Shown: piece by piece, positions 50,822 through 61,560 of the stretch | Layout: each line of letters starts with the position of its first letter | How positions within the stretch are numbered: the first letter of the stretch is position 1 | Assembly (NCBI GenBank): GCA_032718475.1 | Contig: JAUCBJ010008237.1 | Span: forward strand, 62,001-126,000 | Origin: Nemertoderma westbladi | Taxonomy: Eukaryota; Animalia; Xenacoelomorpha | Length of the DNA stretch: 64,000 nt | Direction: 5' to 3' | The notes under the pieces: generated by a model | What the model was told of the DNA's origin: nothing | Databases searched by the model: none | The model's input: only the letters and a program-made list of their open reading frames with translations | Position numbers and translations under genes: made by a program

Positions 50822-51715
50822 TTAGTCTTTCTTGCGCGGACGGCGTTTACGCAGTTTTTTAAAGCTGGCCAGAGTCTTTTTCTCTTTGGGGCGAGCCACT
50901 TTACAAGGAGGGCTATAACTCCTGGGTGAAGGGTGCAATATGATTGCATCAGAGGGTGTAGGATTATGGTCGGTGTATCCGCCAGTCGAAGTGCCGGGTT
51001 GATTGACATCAACGTCGGGGGAGAGGGGTTTAACGGCCTTGAGAGCGCGTTTTAGGACAGCTGCTCTGACGGGTCCTTTACGAGTGGTCTGAACGAGAGC
51101 CGTGGGTGGACCATAGGCAGTCAGAAACCTCCTGGGTTTAATGGTTCTTTCCAACTCGCGTTCGCGGGCTCGGTATTCGTAAGGTCGTCGATACACTTCC
51201 TGTAACTCGGGGTGTGAGTTAACAAATAAGTCTCCATAGTCCGGATCCTGACGGATATAATTGATTAAGTTATAGGAATGAAGGTCGCTAGGATTAACAC
51301 TACTGAGAAATTTGCGTACGAACTTGGTTGAAATACATTCTCCGACGCGCTTCAGTAGTTCGTAACTCGATATGCGTGATTTCTGTTCGACAGAAGCGAA
51401 TAGATAAGGATGGAACGCATAAATTCTTTCGTAAGCGCGTCCAGGATAATAACGATGGCGCGAATCACAATGTAAATCAGCGTTCGCTTCCCAAGCTCTG
51501 ATGTAACGTAGTGTGATCATTTCATCTACGCTTTCCAAATCGTGATTAAAAGGGCAATCGAAACTGGCGTGTCCCTTTAGTTGACAATGGTGACATTGAG
51601 TCATAAATTGAGGGCAAACCGCAAAAATGTGCAAGTTATTGAGTCTGCAATATGCGCAATAAATTTCCATCGTCGGTTGTTCTTGGAAATAGGAACAGCG
51701 GACGTTTGTGTCCAT
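50822..51715 (-). CDS. Accessory 3' ORF of the LTR element: zinc-knuckle protein with a basic tail
   Basis: 297 aa; CAYC-x5-H-x4-C and CHHC-x4-H-x4-C motifs; C-terminal KKLRKRRPRKK; frame open upstream to 51931. Confidence 0.7.
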   Translation of the reverse strand: MDTNVRCSYFQEQPTMEIYCAYCRLNNLHIFAVCPQFMTQCHHCQLKGHASFDCPFNHDLESVDEMITLRYIRAWEANADLHCDSRHRYYPGRAYERIYAFHPYLFASVEQKSRISSYELLKRVGECISTKFVRKFLSSVNPSDLHSYNLINYIRQDPDYGDLFVNSHPELQEVYRRPYEYRARERELERTIKPRRFLTAYGPPTALVQTTRKGPVRAAVLKRALKAVKPLSPDVDVNQPGTSTGGYTDHNPTPSDAIILHPSPRSYSPPCKVARPKEKKTLASFKKLRKRRPRKKD

Positions 51716-51972
51716 GGGCGTATCATGGTCTCTCGATGCGCATAACCGACAACGTTGCCTAGAAACATAGTTGGCATATCGATAATCGTACGCAGTGAGA
51801 CACTGTGGACCTTGATACCATTCTATGATGTAATCGTTGTCGCTGTTCCGGGGCGCGATAGGCTGAATCTCTTCAGATTCTAGACATATTGGTTCATCTT
51901 CCCAGTCTGTTACGAATATAATTTTCGTGATCTATTCTCGGTTTATCGTTACGACTCCGCTGGGTATGATAT

Positions 51973-52272
51973 TTAAATAGAACCATTTCCCTTTTCGGTA
52001 TCCACATCATCCGTATCATGTAAATCGATAGGATGGCCGGTAGTTAAGAAGTCCATATACGTACCATTACGATGCGTATAGCGAGCGGTGAATTTTCGAT
52101 AGTCCAATTCATGCGTAAGTTGCTCTTGGGACATCGGCGGTTCGATATAACGACCATCGTCCTCCGTAATGGTTGGATCGGCTTCACCGCGTATCAAGCT
52201 ATCCACAAATGCTTGTAAAGGTAAAGTATATCGCTCCCTGATACCAAGATCATCTTCTATCAACTCCGTCAT
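51973..52272 (-). CDS. Small acidic accessory ORF inside the LTR element, function unknown
   Basis: 99-aa ORF on the element's sense strand, preceded by AG acceptor-like sites (CTCAG, AGCAG). Confidence 0.45.
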   Translation of the reverse strand: MTELIEDDLGIRERYTLPLQAFVDSLIRGEADPTITEDDGRYIEPPMSQEQLTHELDYRKFTARYTHRNGTYMDFLTTGHPIDLHDTDDVDTEKGNGSI

Positions 52273-53898
52273 ATCTGCTATCTGAGTTTATTAATATTGT
52301 AATGAGTTTATGTTTAGGCGAGCGGGCGTCGCTGCCTACCTCTCTTTGCCCCCGGACAGTGGGATTCTCAGCGCCGATGTACCGTCGTCGCGGTGTTTAC
52401 GCCAACATGTAGCAACAGCACGACAACGATAACCGGCACAAGTCCCTCCACTGTCCGTCCCAAAGGCTTGATTCACTTTAGGTTCTTTCTATAATAGAGT
52501 TAGGGCTACTTTCACAATTGCGACTAGCTACTGTAAACACACCTTAGCAGTAACATTCACCTATAAACGCACAAATTCCACACAACTGTCACCAATTGTA
52601 CACATACAGGCCATTTGTCCGTTAGTCAGTGCCTTCCAGAATGTCACGTTATTACTGTGTATCTTTGGATACTAACAGTGTGCTATGTATTCTCTATGCT
52701 ATGCAATGGGACAAGCTTTCTATTGTTCTTTTAACTGGCTTCTAATTCTAGCGTGGGTGTTGCTATGGTGACATTATGGAAAGCTAGCGGTAGAATTAGG
52801 GTAATTCTCATGCATACAGATCTGGAATGCTATTTAATAGTAATTCTTTAATTGTCAATATCCTCTTTATGCATGATTTTATTAATTTTATCGGCTATTG
52901 ACTATATGTTGGAGATTCTCGCACTCTAATACACTCAATAGGATGAATCTCCGCTCCCATGATCTATTAATTAATGAAATTTTGGGAATGTTATAAATTG
53001 CACAAAATGACAAGTTATGAAATTCATTTAAAATATGAATTTAAATTTATTCCCGTGAATTTTATTATTTGATGTTAAAATTGACACAATTTTTATTCCA
53101 GAGCATGTCTGGGGACTGAGGATCCTTAATTCTATAAAATTGTCCTTTAAGAGTATCGGTAAGTGCTGCGATATCTTAATTGACTAGAAATTTTAAAGGA
53201 TCTGAATTTTACAGATTTTAATAAATATTAAATTAATATTTAAGATGGGCACCGATTTATTCCAGAACTTGTCTGGGGACGTTAACCACTGATTCTAGAA
53301 TTTGTCTTTCAAGTATATCGGTGGGTGCCGCGATATCTTAATCGACTAGAATTACAGATGGTCAAAGGTTTAACAGATTTATTTGCGTTTTACGCTACTG
53401 TTATAGGGACATCACGCTACTATATGTATTATTATATATGGTATGAGAGCAATATCGCACGAAGCAATGTCAGTGTGAAGAGGCAAGTCGTTTCCAAGGT
53501 CTACCCAGAGCTTGGTTTAGCTGAGACACGAGGATCTGAACTTTGCATTCCTAATACTCTGCCTACCAATAATACTTAAGTATAGTAGGAGCTTTATTGT
53601 ACTTTAATAAGTACGGACATTTCATCTTACTGTAGTCACGTATTTATAATATGATACGGACAGTAAGGAAAGAGAAAAAATAATTATTTCTCGCCGTCAC
53701 ACTAAATATATTATAAGTAATTACGTACGTAATAAACACTAATATATTGCACTAATCTACTAAATAATCACTAAAATAACATTCTACTAAATAAAATTAA
53801 AGGAAACGATTATAATAAAATTACATAATAATACATACATAAATATAAAATAAAAACAAATATAAAATGATATAGTCACACGCCCACTCCATATGTTA

Positions 53899-56800
53899 TT
53901 ACGTTATGGAGTCCCTAGATATTTGTCGGATTAGGGAAGTGGTCGTAGGAAGAGTATCTTGCCTTCTATAGTTTCCGGACAGTTTTCGGTCTCTTTCCAG
54001 TAAACATAAACGACTAGCTGGGCGATTGAGTTGTTGTGTTACTTTCTCCGCTCCCTTGGCCTGTCTAATCTCCGCCGTAGTAAGATGAGGAGGCCATTCT
54101 TCTTCTTCTTTACTTAAGAAGTCGGATCCACCTAACCAGCCTGGAGTATCTATCAGTTCTTGAGGAGTTGCTCCTCTGGAAGCGATGTCGGCTGGATTAA
54201 TCGTCCCAAGGCAATGTCTCCATTGATCTACATTGGAGTTAATATCGTCATTATCTGAGGAGTATGGTGTTCCCTCAGTTGGATCGTCCACATCACTGCT
54301 CTCTACTTCCCATTCCTTTACTTGGTATACCTGTTGTTGAGGTAATCTCTCTTTGAGAGTTCTACGGGAAGGGCCAGTGAAGTACCAACCTACTCTAGTT
54401 CTTACCGCATAGGTTTGTAGTGGCTGCGGTTGAGCAGGCCGTTTCTCCAATGTCTCGAGCGCCTCATGCGCGTTTTGGCCGATGAGTATTTGCACTCCAG
54501 GATAATCTGTCTGGAATCGAGGTATCTTAAGCTGTTGGATGCTCTCGTCCTCGTCCCAGTTATAAGGTTCTACTTGGGTAGTAGCGAAGTTCTTTATAGC
54601 CACCATTTTTACTGACCTTATACTTTGTGCTCCTGATTTATCCTGGGGGGTGGACAACGCACCTTCATAGTAATCTGCCGTTATGGTAGATTTCCAAACC
54701 TGCATAATTCCGGACATATTCAACTTAGTTTGGGATTTGGGTTGTCCAGCAAAGATGTCTTCGGCTAGTTCTTGATCGATGAATGTTCCTGTGCTGCCGG
54801 AGTCAAGGAGGGTGTTCACTATGTAACTTTTGGTAGGACCGTGAACTCTTACCTGCACTACAGGAAATTCTCTGATTCCTACGTTGGAAGTTGGAGCTTT
54901 CCAAGATGGTTGTCTGTCAAAGGTAGTTGGGGGGAACTCATTGTCGGTGTCCTTTTCGTAAGTAAATGCTCGATACACCGCGGTATTGATTAGGTAACAG
55001 GATTCGTTGGCGTCGGAGAATTCGTCAGTATAGAATCCTTCCATCTCAGACTCTTGATCAGTGTCATTTACATCACTGAATTGGACATGTAGTTCGGGCT
55101 CACTTACCTGACTCGGGTTGTTTCGTTCGAACTCACTGTGTAACAAGATGTGATGTTTTGCGCCACACTTTGCACACTTTACGTCGGAGTAACAGGTTCG
55201 CCGTTGGTGTCCTGATCTGAGGCAATTATAGCATAACCGCTTATTCCACAGGACTGCACGTCTGTCTACAAGGGATTTCTTTAGAAATTCAGCACACGCA
55301 CTCAAACGGTGGGGCCCGTCGCACAGCGCACATTTTGGTTTGATGTTACTCACTTTACCTTGGGTAACTTGATGCACTCTAGTTCTTTCTTCGGGCTTTC
55401 TTCCATGAATTTTCTTAGGAGACGTAGGAGGAGTTGTTGTTACCTGTTCTCTCCTGTCACTGGTTCGAGACTTATATTTACTTACGTCTTTATAGGTCTT
55501 GTTGTCATAGTAAGATTTTGCTGTGTCTTTCCCGCTGTCCTCTTCTTGAGAAGCTTGGCTTTCGCCGTCGTCAGTATAACACACTGGTATTACCCTTCTC
55601 CTAGAAACGGGTTTCTCACTTACCTTATTTTCCGATGTTTTCTCTCTGGACTGCTTTATGAGTTGTAATTTTACTTCACTATCTAAGAAGGACATGAGAT
55701 CAGCCATGGTAGGGCTTCGTCGTTGTTGTTCATTCATGTACAACACTTTCTTGTCCCAGCGTGTACATACTCCACCCTTTGGTAAAGTAGAGACTACGGC
55801 TCCAATAACCATGGAACTCTGATATTCATGAGACTTACCTAACCAGTCCAATTGTCTACAGATCTCCTGAATCTCATCGGAAAACTCTATAATCCCGCTA
55901 CTAAGGAAGTTTCTGGGGGCTACTAATTTTGCATACAAATACTTAGCTATGTTATCCTTGTTACCATACCTGATGTTTAATGTATCCCAAACTTGTCTTA
56001 ATCCTTCTGGATGTCCAATAAACTTTAACGCCATTAACTTGGGAGGTCCTTCCAAGCACTTGATGAGGACCCTAAGTTTCTCTCCGTTAGATAGTACAGA
56101 GTTCTGTATGCTATCTCTGTAATATTCATTGAAAGGTAACCATTTCATCTCATCTCCATTGAATTTGACGATCTCTCCCACTTTGACCGCTTGGCGGGCT
56201 TCTGTTCTAGCCATCTGACGCGTAAAGCTTTCTTGGGCCATTGTGTTATTTAATATCGAATTATCGGTATATAAATTTCTCGGATCATTATCGGGTCTAT
56301 AGGGAATATCATTAACAACAGGTTTATAATCACCCTTAATAGGGTTTGCTATAGGAGTTTCTACTTCACTAGCAGTATAGATGCGTGTAGGCTCCACACC
56401 TTGCGCATGTAATACTTCAGACCTAACAGGTTGACACAATGTTACTGGGGGTATTGGTATACCCTTTTGTATATTGACTAATTTGTCGCGTTCCAGCGCG
56501 ATACTTCGCTGCACTTCTTGCAATTCTGCCCTACCTTCCCTTACTGTTCCCTTAAGTTGGTAGACAGTCTCCTGCATCTGTCCGAGCAGGAGATTCATCC
56601 CCCGCCGTCCCTCCTCTACCCACTCGACCGCCGAAGCGGGAGTCGCCAACATTGTAGCGGGCTGACGTGGGACGACGGGAGACAAATCTTTGATTTCTCT
56701 CTCAGCTTCCAGGACAGGGATATTCTCATGGACTGTTCTACCGGGTACAGGCAGTGTAGTACTATGTAAAGGGAATTTAGAGTTAAGCTCTGGAAGTACA

Positions 56801-58098
56801 GGGGTCTCTAGCACAGGAGTGGCTTTAGGAACGACAGGCCCAATTATTTCAGGCTCATCAACTATTGTAGGGAGTCCTTTGACCTGAATAATTTGTTCTG
56901 TGGGTTCTGTACTACCTAAGTCTGTGCTAGCTAGTTGTCTTCTAACCGCTGGGGGCAAATCAGGCAATTTGTGACGGTGAGATGTTTTTCTACGCCTGCT
57001 TAGACGAGATCTATTTCCTCCGCCTTCAGGATCGGTGGTCTCGCCTTCCTCCGATGATGTATATCCCTGGCGTTTGGGAGTAGATCCTCTCATCATCTGC
57101 ATGTGACTAGCAGTTAACTGTTTATTTATGTTGTCTTGCGTCTCTTGCAGATTTTCCAACTCTAGTTGGGTAGTCTCCTCAGACGCTCTCAGTTCTGCTT
57201 CTGCCACCGCTGCCTTTCTTTCTGCTTCTGCTGCTGCCGCTGCCTTTGCTGCTTCTGCTTCTGCCGCTGCCTTTGCTGCTTCTGCTTCTGCTTCTGCCGC
57301 TGCCTTTGCTGCTTCTGCTTCTGCCGCTGCCTTTGCTGCTTCTGCTTCTGCCGCCGTTACTGCTGCTGCCTTTCGGTCCTCTATCCGTTTTTTCTTTACT
57401 TGTTCTTCTTGGACTCTAACGAGGCGGAGTTTTTCATCAAATTTAGCTTGGTTTGCAGCTAACATTTCCGCATCGATTGCGTCCAACACAAGCTTGGTTC
57501 CTTCACTATTAGGGCGAAGTCCAGACAGTCGTCTCCTCAACTCTTCGTCTCCTATGAATCGCTGATAGTCTGACAGATAGATGTCAATGGCGTCTCTAGT
57601 TCGCGGCTTCTCTGCTGCTGTTAATTCGCTTTCCACTTCGCTTTCCACCTCGCTTTCCACCTCGCTTTCCACCTCGCTTTCCACTTGAGAAGAAGTGGCG
57701 TCGGTTGATTCTTCATAGGTTGGCCGCTCATCATAAACCGTATCCGCCATCTTCGCTCCGCATTCGGGCGTCCGCTCAACAGTATCCGAACTACTGGAGC
57801 TATCGGGCCGCTGAGAACTAGGTTCTTGGCTAGGAGGTTGCTGCTGTTTTATAGCTTCTTCTTGATCCCGCTTGACTTGGGCCCGAGTACCTATGGCAGA
57901 CCAACGGCGCTTCACTAACTTCGCAAAATGCGAAATCTTTTCTACCAACCTAGGTTCTGACACAACCACTGCAGGGGTTGCCCTTCTTACAGTATGAGGG
58001 GTTTCAGACCTCGGTCTGGGATTCTCTACACTTTGATCTGAGAAACAGGCTGTTGTTTCTAGGAGACTATCTGACAGAGTTTGCCTTGTGTCAGCCAT
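53899..58098 (-). CDS. gag: BEL/Pao Gag-protease polyprotein fused to an RNase H C-terminal remnant; no RT or integrase
   Basis: DUF1759-like capsid region (KFNGDEMKWLPF...LSNGEKLRVL); three Cys-His motifs (CALCDGPHRLSAC, CYNCLRSGHQRRTC, CAKCGAKHHILLH); protease LLDSGS...ILIGQ; RTRVGWYFTGP; then directly QWRH...NPADIASRG...WLGG.DFL...WP. Confidence 0.93.
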   Translation of the reverse strand: MADTRQTLSDSLLETTACFSDQSVENPRPRSETPHTVRRATPAVVVSEPRLVEKISHFAKLVKRRWSAIGTRAQVKRDQEEAIKQQQPPSQEPSSQRPDSSSSSDTVERTPECGAKMADTVYDERPTYEESTDATSSQVESEVESEVESEVESEVESELTAAEKPRTRDAIDIYLSDYQRFIGDEELRRRLSGLRPNSEGTKLVLDAIDAEMLAANQAKFDEKLRLVRVQEEQVKKKRIEDRKAAAVTAAEAEAAKAAAEAEAAKAAAEAEAEAAKAAAEAEAAKAAAAAEAERKAAVAEAELRASEETTQLELENLQETQDNINKQLTASHMQMMRGSTPKRQGYTSSEEGETTDPEGGGNRSRLSRRRKTSHRHKLPDLPPAVRRQLASTDLGSTEPTEQIIQVKGLPTIVDEPEIIGPVVPKATPVLETPVLPELNSKFPLHSTTLPVPGRTVHENIPVLEAEREIKDLSPVVPRQPATMLATPASAVEWVEEGRRGMNLLLGQMQETVYQLKGTVREGRAELQEVQRSIALERDKLVNIQKGIPIPPVTLCQPVRSEVLHAQGVEPTRIYTASEVETPIANPIKGDYKPVVNDIPYRPDNDPRNLYTDNSILNNTMAQESFTRQMARTEARQAVKVGEIVKFNGDEMKWLPFNEYYRDSIQNSVLSNGEKLRVLIKCLEGPPKLMALKFIGHPEGLRQVWDTLNIRYGNKDNIAKYLYAKLVAPRNFLSSGIIEFSDEIQEICRQLDWLGKSHEYQSSMVIGAVVSTLPKGGVCTRWDKKVLYMNEQQRRSPTMADLMSFLDSEVKLQLIKQSREKTSENKVSEKPVSRRRVIPVCYTDDGESQASQEEDSGKDTAKSYYDNKTYKDVSKYKSRTSDRREQVTTTPPTSPKKIHGRKPEERTRVHQVTQGKVSNIKPKCALCDGPHRLSACAEFLKKSLVDRRAVLWNKRLCYNCLRSGHQRRTCYSDVKCAKCGAKHHILLHSEFERNNPSQVSEPELHVQFSDVNDTDQESEMEGFYTDEFSDANESCYLINTAVYRAFTYEKDTDNEFPPTTFDRQPSWKAPTSNVGIREFPVVQVRVHGPTKSYIVNTLLDSGSTGTFIDQELAEDIFAGQPKSQTKLNMSGIMQVWKSTITADYYEGALSTPQDKSGAQSIRSVKMVAIKNFATTQVEPYNWDEDESIQQLKIPRFQTDYPGVQILIGQNAHEALETLEKRPAQPQPLQTYAVRTRVGWYFTGPSRRTLKERLPQQQVYQVKEWEVESSDVDDPTEGTPYSSDNDDINSNVDQWRHCLGTINPADIASRGATPQELIDTPGWLGGSDFLSKEEEEWPPHLTTAEIRQAKGAEKVTQQLNRPASRLCLLERDRKLSGNYRRQDTLPTTTSLIRQISRDSIT

Positions 58099-59439
58099 GT
58101 TTGATTGTACAGTTGAATGCCTACTGCTATATTACAGTTAAAGCAAGTCTAGTAATTCAGTATCACTGTTAGCCTAATAATTAATTACCGATACTGCTAC
58201 TCAGTGTAGCGTGATATATATATAATATATTAGAATACCGGTATGCTTATAGTATATATATAAGTATTGTAAACTAGTTTTGTCACAGAATGCAGGTATA
58301 TAATTTTGGCACAAATATATATAAATATATAATAGGCCTATCGTGAATACCGGTATGCAGCTTACACTTATAGTATATAAGTATAATTCTGGACTAGAAT
58401 TAATTACAGAGTACCGGTATGATTTCAGCCTAATTTTATAGAATAAATATAATAAGCCTATTGTAAATACCGGTATGTCAATTATTTTAAAATAATTGAA
58501 TTTCTGAATGTTAGGGGTTACTTGGTTACTTTACTTACTTTATTACCGTTATTTGAGCAGCAGTCCAACTGATATTAAGACCTAAGTGTTGTATAACAGG
58601 CCTACTATTTTATTAATAGATTTAGTGGATTTATATGTACCCTTATGAGGGGTTTTGTTACAATATTGAAATAGATGTTACTATTTCTGGGGGGAGTCAC
58701 TACACAGAAGCTGTGCGCTCTCAGTGGAGTGCTACTTATTGGACACTAAAACAGATAATTCTAATTTACCTAAGTTACTTAATACTACAAATTACTTACG
58801 ATACGGGTGAGATTAAATCTCTAATTAAATACAACAAAAAATATTACGTACGAAATTTTAGGGTAATTTTACAGGAAGTCTACAAACCAGCCTAACAAAG
58901 GGTTAGAATTCTGGTTATTACAACGGACAGGGTACTACGGTATTTGAAAATAATAAGTAGTAGTAAATATATTGCACTGTCCAGATAGGAAAATACCACC
59001 GCCTGACGACCTATAGCCATATCGCTATAGGTACTACGTTATGTATCACGGAGTGTTCCTACCTAGAAGTTAATTACCGCGGACTACCAGATCCAACGTG
59101 CCTATTAACCACTTTACAACACAAATATACTGCCTACACACTAATTACTTTCGGAAAGCACTGTACACTAAACCCTAAATTAGGTACAAGTACTGGTACA
59201 ACAAATAATCAGTAGTTAAATATACTTGAACAGTTAAAAGAACCACGGCATCTGCTGGAGTGACCGAAGCACAAAGTCACCAGTCTTTACCTACGCCAAG
59301 CAGCCCGTGTAGTACCGGGGTTAATTTAACTATAACGGTATGTGTAACAAGCACAATTACTGTAGGAATAAACTTGGGGACATGAATGTTGCGAATAATC
59401 GCATAAACTCTGAATAATAAATATTACGCTACCCGTACA

Positions 59440-59990
59440 GAATACTCAAACAAAATACAAACCAAACGCTGGCAGACTACCACCAAGCCCAAATAAACTA
59501 CAGTATGTGCAGATTCCAAAATGGTTAGTTAGTATGCGTTCTAACACGGTAGTACGACTTATTCTTTAAGAGGGGATTGACCTTACAGCTCTGGCTGCCC
59601 CAACTTACTAACTGGCACTTTATCAGACAAACTCTACACACGCAGCAATCTCTTCAGACCTAATAATAGCTAGACAACAATCCAGCCTACAAAATATCTG
59701 AGTAATAACTATTACGGTACCTGAACAGACTACACAAACAAACACAGGCCAAAACGCTGGCAGAATACTGTCAAGCCTAAATAAACTACAGTATGTGCAG
59801 ATTCCAAAATGGTTAGTTAGTATGCATTCTAACACGGGAGTACGACTTATTCTTTAAGAGGGGATTGACCTTACAGCCCTGGCTGCCCCAACTTACTAAC
59901 TGGCACTTTATTGGACAAACTCCACACACGCCGCAATCTCTCCAGACTCAACAACAGTCAGACAACAGTTCAGCCTACAATTATCTGAAC
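59440..59990. repeat. ~300-bp-period direct duplication in the leader of copy B
   Basis: AAACGCTGGCAG...ATAAACTACAGTATGTGCAGATTCCAAA...CAGCCTACAA occurs twice; once in copy A. Confidence 0.8.
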
Positions 59991-60163
59991 AATCTGAGCA
60001 GACTTACACGTCTTCAGCTCAATATTAACTTACATGTAAATAAAACCGACAGAAATAAGTAAAATCTCAATAAAAACCAGGGCGGCCGTTCCCTGATTAA
60101 GTATTAAGACCTACCGGTATACAATAATCAAAATCGAATAATACTAATGTACTTATATTGGAA

Positions 60164-60290
60164 GTACCGGTTAGGACAGTTGGGCCTACAGACCTACAGA
60201 AGTACCGGTTCTGGCAGTTGGACCTACGGACCTACAGCAGTACCGGTTCTGGCAGTTGGGCCTACTGACCTACAGAAGTACCGGTTCAGG
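60164..60290. repeat. 38-bp tandem repeat (about 3.3 units) containing ACCGGT in the LTR leader
   Basis: GTACCGG at 60164, 60202, 60240 and 60278. Confidence 0.85.
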
Positions 60291-60341
60291 TTTACCGGTC
60301 GACCGGTACTTTCAACTTTATTGCTTACTGCAATAAAGACA

Positions 60342-60352
60342 ATAACTGTTAT
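60342..60352 (-). promoter_or_regulatory. Non-tRNA primer-binding site of copy B, complementary to LTR 61076-61086
   Basis: Sense-strand ATAACAGTTAT directly follows the 5' LTR; the LTR sense strand carries its reverse complement ATAACTGTTAT. Confidence 0.72.
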
Positions 60353-61560
60353 TGTACGCGCTTTTGAAGACCTTTAGCAGTTTAACCTGCCAAAATTTAT
60401 ATGTCTTTTGGTTTATAAATAGACTTTAGAAATTGACAAATATTTAATACCAATAAACACAACATTAGCAGAAGCCAGCCTAGTGCGCGTCCATTCACCC
60501 ACTGGATATACCCGGGAGACTGGATTCTGAGGGCTTAGATTATTATTGCAGTGTAAGCTTACTGTATTATTCGATTGATCGTTAATAAATAATTTCTGAC
60601 TAATATTATTCACTTTCGGGAAATATTAACAGTTCCTTTAGGACGTGGCGCTCTATCTAGGTAAACAGAGATATGACTTATACTAATCACAACGGTAAGT
60701 CGGTAAGGCTTATGATTCACGTATGAGGCGCATTCTTTAGGAAATGCTTAGTTATCAGCCACAATCATGCACGCTACCGGTAACACACAATACTGCTCAC
60801 TAATTTGCCGACCGTCAATGAATTTTATCATATATAAAGAGAACAGCAACTGACTCATGTAGTGCTTATCAAATAGCATTAAATTCACTACAAACCACAA
60901 TACTATAAGTCGCAATCGCTATATGTAACCTGTCTCTCTAACCTGTAGTGTATCAAGAAAATTGGGAAATTTGGGTTCTTTATAGATGTTCTCCAAATAA
61001 TATTCAACCAACTGATACAAAATATGACAACAGTAAAAAGCATTAAGACGGTATGTTAAGTTATGATATGAACTGATAACAGTTATACGCTCTATAATCT
61101 TAAGCCTACTAATGTTTCTTCTAAAGTCTGAAACGAATTGACTCTAGAGCCGGTGTTCCTGGCCTAGATAGAAACAACACAACAGTAACAAAAACACTCT
61201 CTGACTCTAACACCGTTGCAGGTATCTTTTTACACAGAGAGGAATAGCTCTCATTGGCAGAACACCAGATTCCACAGGTTCCACGAATATCTAAATGCCG
61301 AACTATCAGGATTTTTGCAGCCCTTGGCCAACACACAAAATGAGTCACTCCGCTCGGTTGCCCTGGTTGCATACTCTGCTGCTATAGCTCTGGTTGGCCG
61401 ATAGAACATAGTAAAGAGCCCCTCGTATAACAAATCAGCCAATCAGCCGGTCGCTTTGCATCATTCGAGTTAGAGAGCTTTTTAGAGTATTCCAGCGCCT
61501 GGGGGGGGGAACTGGATTGCAAAGCAAAAGGGCCAGTTATATCCCACAGAAGCTTTTACA
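60353..61560 (-). repeat. 5' LTR of copy B (1208 bp)
   Basis: Direct repeat of 49538-50743; TGTA...TACA ends. Confidence 0.97.

Larger units (their letters stand above)
49538..61560 (-). mobile_element. Complete, recently inserted non-autonomous BEL/Pao LTR retrotransposon, copy B (12.0 kb)
   Basis: Paired LTRs with TG...CA ends; 5-bp TSD GGAAG at 49533-37 and 61561-65; BEL-type Gag-protease ORF. Confidence 0.96.

Noticed and set aside
52370-52450. Hydrophobic peptide LVPVIVVVLLLH as an env signal sequence
   Set aside because: The frame is short and closed by stops; no ectodomain or transmembrane ORF follows.
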